64,000 bases of DNA from Amoebidium appalachense (taxonomy: Eukaryota; Protista; Ichthyosporea). The translations under genes and the position numbers were made by a program. Numbering within the stretch: the stretch's first letter is position 1; the number at the start of each line of letters is the position of its first letter. The DNA lies in contig CAVNZM010000005.1 of assembly GCA_963693365.1 (NCBI GenBank), forward strand, positions 124,001 through 188,000, read 5' to 3'. Of this stretch, positions 56,740 to 64,000 are shown piece by piece. Under the pieces are notes generated by a model that did no database searches, was not told where the DNA came from, and saw only the letters and a list, made by a program, of their open reading frames with translations.

Positions 56740-58977
56740 CTAATACCTGGTGCAATATCTGAGAATGACAAATGCCAAGTCGTACGTGCCCTCACCACAC
56801 AGGTAATACCATCGGGCAGTGGTGGCAGAATGCATCAACAAGGGGGGAGGGGGATGGGGGGAGACTCGTACACACCTGCCGTCACTGGCTGGATGCACGA
56901 GCACCACGGATGGTCTGTGTATAGACAGCCTGGCTGGCCCACTGTGGCGGGCCACACACACGCTCCTGCGTGCATATGCCGCCACACTGCTCCTCCTGGC
57001 CGGGGGCAGGGCCTTGGGGGGGGCTATGGGCCGTACGGCCGCATCGAGGGAATGGGGGAGACCCCTGTGCCTGCCCAGCAACATCACGGCCATAATGATG
57101 AGCCGTGAGGGGGTGGTGAGGGCCCCACTGAACGACGTGCTCTGGGTGGGTAGGCTGGGGGTAGGGGGGATGGTAGGGGGGAGGGGGGGGGGGGGGGGGG
57201 CAGGGGGGAGCGTTAGTGGTGGTTGAGGTTTTATGAGCCCGCCGTTAGCTTTCATCTGCCTGGCATGCACCCAGTGTGGCATGCACAACACTAGCAGGTG
57301 AAGGCACACACCTGCCTTTGTGTGTCTGTGCAGCATGGGGGGATGGACAGAATGAAGTGGCGCCCATAATGCAATGAAACTAAACTTCTACCAGAGAGGG
57401 GGGAAAGGGTGAGGAGGGGGTGGAGAAGGAGGGGGGGGTGGGGGGGGGGGGGGGGGGGGGGTTGCAAAGGAAAGTAAAGCAGAAAAAAGGGAGGATGGGG
57501 ATTGGGGGCGGGGTGCGGGGGGAAAGGTGGAGTATTGCAGTGCAAAATCGAAAAAAAAAGGGCGGGACAGGGGGTGGGGAGGGGGGAGGGGCAGAAGGGG
57601 GGAGGGTATTGCAGTGCAAAGTCGAAAACAAAGGCCAATGGGGGTGGGGGGGGGGGGGGGGGGGGGGGTACCTCAGACTGGTGCCGACTGTGCCGTAGGC
57701 CGAGACGACCTCGAAGATGAGATTGAAGACCGTGCACGTGCTGACCACTGATTGGTCGAGGGCAGACACAAGGAACACGGCTAGGGCAATCCACGTGAGA
57801 TCACGTGTCATGATCCGCCGCACGTGATTGGTTGCTGTGCTTGCACGTGCACACACACATACGTGTAAGCAGCTACATTGGACAAATGCTCAGCGATGAG
57901 CCGATCACGTGCACAGAGACACGTGTTGCTGACACATGAAAAGGCCATCTGCACACAGGTACTGCATGCGCATCTGCCCACATGCACAGGCACACATGCC
58001 GCCATGCCCACGTGCATGCACACATCCCAAACAGTCATGTGCCCACATCAAGACCACCAGCGAATACATTTTGGGCAGTGGCTGTACCTGGGTGGCCGAT
58101 GTGGGTGGGCAAGTCTGGGGCAGGGGCCTCATCCTGGCCATCTGATTGGCTGCTGCGGTCCCCTGCCTGGCCCTGCATGATGTGTGTGTTTGATATAATC
58201 CATCAGTGTGATATTATCGAGGTGAGGGTGTGCTGGTGCAGCTGGGCACAGAGACGGCTACAAAGGGGTCGGTGTGTTCTGGTCTGTGCCTCCAGAAACA
58301 TACAAGAAAGATTTGATCTTGGTGGTGACATGGGGAGGGGGGAGGGGGGGGGGATTTCCGCCAAAAGGTGCGGTTTAAAATGCACAACAGAGTGCTAAGG
58401 ACACATTCATAGCGTACAGCACAATTCAGAGTACTCTACATAAGTGTTTGCATCATGCACAGTGGGGTTGGATGGAGGGGGGGGGGGGGGGGGGGGGGGG
58501 ATTGCATACGTTATTCTCCTCATTTGGTGTGGGTAAAGGTGCAAGTGCAAAGTTGACGGTGCGCCGGGACACCCATGTGGCCTGATTTGCCTCGTAATTT
58601 GCATTTGCATCATTGGTACCCCCCACACTGGCACGTGCAACACTTATTCTGGGCACCCGCAAGGATGAGGCCCCCCCAGTGCTCAATCTTGCAGGTGCCT
58701 GGTCGGTAATAGGTCCCACGGTCTGACCCTCATGCACTGTTTGCAGGCTGGGCTGGGTGGTTTTATCACTTGGCAGTGGGCGCTCTATGAACCTGCTAGG
58801 CTCAAATTCGATGGTGCTGGTGGCGGCAAAATCCGACCACTTTGGCAGCTTGATGCTGGCGCTAGAGCGAAGGGCGGCAATGATTGGATAGCTGCTGACG
58901 TACATGAGCACTCCCTGGGGGGTGGTTGGAATTAGGCCCAGTTAAAATGCTGCTGTGTGTGTTTGTGCGTGTGTGTA

Positions 58978-59016
<39 letters not shown>

Positions 59017-60889
59017 CGCGCGCACGCGTGCGCGCATGTGTGCGTGCGAGTTTCGTGTATGTGTGTGCTTCGGCAGAGGGAGAGGGAAGGATGGGAGGGG
59101 GGGGGTTGGGTTGGCACATGCTCATGACGGGAGGCACTTTCTGCCTTTCTTCTTCTCAGTTACCCCCTCCCCTCCCCCCCCCTTCCCCCCATCACCACCA
59201 CCATTTTTTTTATCTGTGTTTACAGTGGTCGTGCTGAACAGAAAGTGAGTGGGATGGGTGGGTTAGGCGATGGCGTGTGTAGCATTAATTTAACGGTCAA
59301 GCAATAATCGGGATGCCATGTGCTAATTGTGGATGGTACTGGGATCGAAAGGAGAGGGATCAGTGGATGACCGAACAGATATGTGCACACAAAGGGGGAA
59401 GGTGTTACTGCGCCAAAATATGCCACCAGAGACCACCCCACCACGAGGCCACGCACCTGCATCACAAGAACCCCCCCCGACAGCCCATTGAGCCCCACAG
59501 CATCAAACCCCGCAGTGCGCGTGGACACGGCCGTCACCCACATGATAAGCGCTATTTCTGATTGGCTGTACCCTGCCGCCAAGGCCCCACCCCTCTCTGC
59601 GCAGAAATAATATACAAACTGAGCAAGGGTCGTGGCCACCCACACGACCAGTAGCACGTGGGTCTGCAGAGACCCAAACAGTTGCGTGCAGTAGAGCCGT
59701 GGGAAGTGCATCACGTGATCCACAACCAATCGGTCGAAGAATCGGTTGCCATAGCGACCAGCAAGATACACCGTCAGCCTGAGGCCGATGGGAAAGCACG
59801 TGTTTCCCAGGGCTATGAGGGCCGTGTGAATGAGCATGATGGGCCAATCGGTGTTGAGGGGGATTAGGGAGTTGCCAAATAAGGAAAACCCCGCATTGTT
59901 AAAGGCACTGATGGTGTGGAACACTGCGAACCACAGCGGATGAATCCCATTGGCTGACAGCAGCTGGGGGGGGAGGGGGAGGGGGGGGAGCCAGGGCATC
60001 AGGTAGAGGTAATGAGGGGATGGGAATAGTGGGGGTGGTGGTTGTGGGGAAAGGGGGGAAAGGGTGCGTGGGGAGTTGGGGGGGGGGGGGGGTAAAGAGG
60101 TGCAACGTAACATGGTGCAGAGCAAATGGTACGGTGAAGGTGACAGTGAGGCATGTACCGGAAGGGGAGAGGGGGAAGAGGAGGGTTGGGGGTGGGGGGA
60201 GGGGGAAGGCTGGGGAGGGAGGAGAAGGGGGTAGAAGGGGGGGGAAGGAGGTAAAAAGGCATCTGAAACACGTGATGGGAGGGACTGTTGTGGATGGGCC
60301 ACCTAAATTTAACGGGTCCTGGTATGGGTGCGTGTGCATCTCTATGTATGTGTGTGGGTGGGTGGGTGGGTGGAAGAATGGGGTGGGGGGGAGGCGAAAG
60401 CAGTTATGGAAGAAGAAAGAGAGCCCTGTTGCAGCGCTACAGCCGAAGGAGAGGCCGAGCAAAAGAAAGTGTCTTGACGGAGAATTTGGCTTGTGTGGTA
60501 GGAAAAGGAAAGGGGGAGGTGGAGGCAGCGGCGGCAATGCGGTCGAGGTAGGTGGGGGGGGGGTTCCGTGGGGGGGAGGGGGGAGGGGGGGTTGATATTA
60601 CGCTAAGGGAATGGTAAGGGCTGCAGAAAGTAAATGACGGTGGTGGTGGTGAAGATGGTGATGGTAATGGTGATGTGGGGGTGGGGTTGGTGGGGTTGGT
60701 GGAGGTGGGGGGGGGTGCATATGGTAAACGTTGAAACTCTCTCACCTAGGCACAGTATCATCCCCTTGTGGTGGGACACTAATCAATTTGGCTTACATTG
60801 AAACTGGGCCAGAACTGAATGAATGGATAGATGGGTGGGTAGCCCCGAGGCGTGGAGGTGGAGCCCCGGGGGGGAGGGGGTGTGTGTGT

Positions 60890-60922
<33 letters not shown>

Positions 60923-62067
60923 AGAGGGAACACTCACTTGGTAGGTAGGTGTGTGGCATGTGGCATAGGTGGCCAGAAACACCACCGACACCACGTGCAC
61001 AACCACGTGATACAGGCACACACATGCCAGCACCGTCCACACAGCCCACAGCTCAGTCACCTCAGCAACATTATCCCCGGTGACTCCCGGCACGTGCAGC
61101 TTCCAAAAAAGGAAATAGTCCTTCCACCCCCTCCTCTCCCTGTGCATCCACATGTACCCATATGCCCTGACCAGTAATGGCACTGCGGCCATAAATACAG
61201 CCCCCCTCCAAAGATCAGCAGCAGGGTGACGGCCTGGCTGGCAGGGCACAGGGTGCTGAAGTCAAGCGTCACTAGGCCGGTAACCGTCATCTGCAGGGAT
61301 TGGGGGGTGGTCACGTGACTGAAGGCAGGCGGGTGGTTGGGTAGTCACATGACATACAGGCGGTGGAAGAAAGAGGGGGAGGGGGAGAAGAGCGGGATGG
61401 AGAAAGAAGGGGGGGGGGGGGGGGGGGGGGGGTGTCAACGAAGGAAGAGGGGCAAGGGCAAGGGGAGTGAGGTGGGAGGGGGAAGAATCCAAGTATAAAT
61501 TAGCAGGAGCAGATGGTGTGGGTTCAAGCCGAGGAGGGGGGAGGGGGAAGGGGGGGGGGAAGGAAGGAGGCGGGGTTATAATGCATGCAGAGTAGGATGT
61601 ACAAATTCATGGCAAACAACAGAAATCAGATTGCAAAAAACACAAATATCAGTAACGGTAGGCATCATAGGCAGAGCCCATCCTCTGGGGGGGCTCATGA
61701 CGTATACAGCACCATCGGCGATTTCGACCCATTCCCTCGCATGGGAAACCCATCTTTTTTGGGGGGGGGGGGGAGGGGGGAGAGGGGGGGGGGGGGGGGG
61801 GGGAGGGGGGAGGCGGCGGGGGAAAAGGGGGGGGGGGGAGGGGGGGGGGCATCTTACGGCAGACATGGCGGTAAAGTAGGCATCGATGAAGGCAATGTTG
61901 GTGTGGCCACGCTCCAAGCCATATATGGTAATGCCGCCCAGCAGGGTGGCCAATAGGAAGTAGAGCATGTGCACACGGTAGAAGTCCACGTACACGTGCT
62001 GCTCGTGGAAGTGCTTCACGTGGCCCTGCAACCAGCGCCACCTGCCATATATGGTTATTTCTTGCAT
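56740..62067 (-). CDS. Trk/HKT-family K+ transporter; exons ~62067-61858, 61290-60938, 59963-59457, 58914-58510, (unresolved exon(s) 58300-57850), ~57840-57671, ~57141-56740
   Basis: FIDAYFTAMSAMTVTGL, FHTISAFNNAGFSL, LIALGNTCFP, STRTAGF, MYVSSYP, FEVVSAYGTVG, MLLGRHRGLP. All four pore loops carry Gly (K+-permeable type). One-base shift at the run at 61201-61206. Confidence 0.93.
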
Positions 62068-62505
62068 GGCCCCCTAGAATTTTACCAATAGTACCTTGCA
62101 GCCCTTGCACTCGGCCAACTCTTCCTTTTGTAGGTGATTATTTTTAGCAGCAGGATCTACGAGCTTATTAGACGGAATGGACGAGTGTTATTGGGCGAAG
62201 GGCTTATGTGTGCAGCCAGAGGTTGCAAGCTGAATTTACGTGTGCTTTGGGAAGGATTGGCTGACAACGAATATGCCTAGTAGGGGTTGACCGGTGAGGT
62301 GCATGGTTTCGTCATGAGTACTTTTCTAGCCGTTGTGTATCTGTGTGTACGTGTGTGTGTGCACGCGCACGTGTGCATATGTGTGAGCGTGGGCGCGCGT
62401 GTGCGTGCGTGTGGCGTGCATGCGCGCACATGTGCGTATGTGTGTGCATGGATGCTTGCGTGTGTGCTTGCGTGCGTACGTGCGTGAATGCGTGTGTATG
62501 TGTGT

Positions 62506-62560
<55 letters not shown>

Positions 62561-62565
62561 GTATA

Positions 62566-62599
<34 letters not shown>

Positions 62600-63033
62600 T
62601 CGCGCGTGCGGGCGCGGGCTTGTGCGCTCACTTGTGCATCATGATGCCATGTGCATGTGTGCATGTGGTGTGTATCCGCGAGTGTTTTTCTGCAACCAGA
62701 TTTGTGGCAAGGGATGCAGCACGTGTTTTTCTGCACTGAATGGCATAGATGCTGTGGGCGTATACCATTATATGCGTATGTTATGTGTGCATAACACATA
62801 TGTAACGTACGGGTGTATGAGTACATTTACACAAATTGATGTGTGCCCATGTAAATGCCACCATAGCATGCAGGGCCGTGCTATGCACTGAAATATGGGG
62901 TACTCAACACAGACTTCGAGCGCCCGTATGTACAGCCTTTAGTCAGGTATCATAAGGTGTGTGCGTGTGCGTGTGTCTGTATGTGCGTGTGTGACATGTG
63001 CATGTGCTTGTGTGTTATGTTATTCCGTGTCAC

Positions 63034-63157
63034 CTCATACACATTGAGGCGAAAGCCATCCTCCATATGGCCTGCCTAAACAGCCAGGCAGAATGATATG
63101 ATCAGTGTGTGCGTGCGTGCGTGCGTGCATGCGTGCGTGCGTGCGTGCGTGCGTGTG

Positions 63158-63189
<32 letters not shown>

Positions 63190-63650
63190 TGTGTGTGTGT
63201 GTGCGTGTGTGCATGTGTGTGTGTGTGTTGTATGTGTGTGTGTGTGGTGTGTGTGTGTGTGCGTGCGTGTGCGTGCGTGCATGTGTGTGTGTGTATGCTG
63301 GATGGAGAAGAGGGGTGGTGGTGGGGCGGGTGGGGAGGGGGGGGGGGAACAGGGGAGAGGGGAGGAGGGAATCTGATATGTTGCATACCCCGTGTGCATC
63401 AATTTTGCCTAGTGCAGATGCCATGATAGCATGGTGTGTGCGAGATAGTGCACGCAGCGTATCACCGACATACACGTGTGCGATATTGCAAATGCGGTGC
63501 CAGATGATGCGCTCCTCTGAATGCTCTTCACATGTTACATGTGCGCACACACAATCACATGTAGACGGACACGTACATGCGCGTCCACAGCGGCAGGTCG
63601 TCGTACTCGTCCCAGGAGTCGCGATCGTCATCGTCTCCGTATGTGTCCAT
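63034..63650 (-). other. Putative short coding exons of an unassigned gene, or upstream exons of the Trk gene
   Basis: gcaccATGg Kozak start at 63650 giving MDTYGDDDDRDSWDEYDDLPLWTR before a GTACGT/GTGTCC donor; further AG/GT-bounded open segments at ~63525-63389 and ~63077-63034. Confidence 0.35.
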
Positions 63651-64000
63651 GGTGCCCGGTTATTGTGTCTGTACTCTACTAGCTAGCATGTATATCAAAG
63701 GCACACGGTTGCCTGGTTGTCGCCCGGCCCACTACCTCTACATGCACCCTGAACTAGTACATAGTGCTGTCACGGTGAGTGGTAGTGACCCCGTAAGCCC
63801 CATATGCATGCTCACAACGGTGCTGCTCAAGTTGGGTTTGAATCGTTCGGGCATGTGTTTTAGATCATAATGGGTTCGATGGATAGCTTTTATTTTTCAT
63901 ATCACATTGTGTGCTTTTCTTTTTTGACAAAAATACAACCACGTTGTTAATCATGTAAAGCAGTTGTATCTCCTGTGCTGATTTGGGCTACGTGGACAAT

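Noticed and set aside
61500-61535. tRNA or SINE suggested by B-box-like GGTTCAAGCC
   Set aside because: No cloverleaf or A box; no tRNA or rRNA gene was found in the window.
63540-63631. Metallothionein-like Cys-rich peptide CRCGRACTCPSTCDCVC
   Set aside because: Explained by TG-rich sequence; another frame has the better start and a splice donor.

Overview
Eukaryotic, intron-rich genomic DNA. Introns are packed with poly-C/poly-G and (CA)n/(GT)n/(GA)n tracts, which explain most ORF-track entries (PPP, GGG, HTHT, CVCV artefacts). Genes reconstructed by hand from GT-AG exons: 3' part of ribosomal protein eL24 (+); 13-exon heme-type cystathionine beta-synthase (+); intronless ornithine decarboxylase (-); a large type-I membrane coiled-coil/proline-rich protein resembling TANGO1/cTAGE5 (-); two tandem sigma-like glutathione S-transferases (+); a CaMK-group kinase with calmodulin-binding helix, visinin-like EF-hands, an inserted hydrophobic segment and a C-terminal PH domain (-); an intronless PAM2 + Smaug/Vts1-type SAM protein (+); and a Trk/HKT K+ transporter (-). 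Also two hAT-like non-autonomous elements, several minisatellites and a 20-bp palindromic array. Several coding exons have single-base indels in G/C runs, most likely assembly errors. Gene content (Trk plus heme-CBS plus TANGO1-like) suggests a unicellular opisthokont, possibly a holozoan such as an ichthyosporean; this is inference only. Family assignments come from motif recognition, not database searches.
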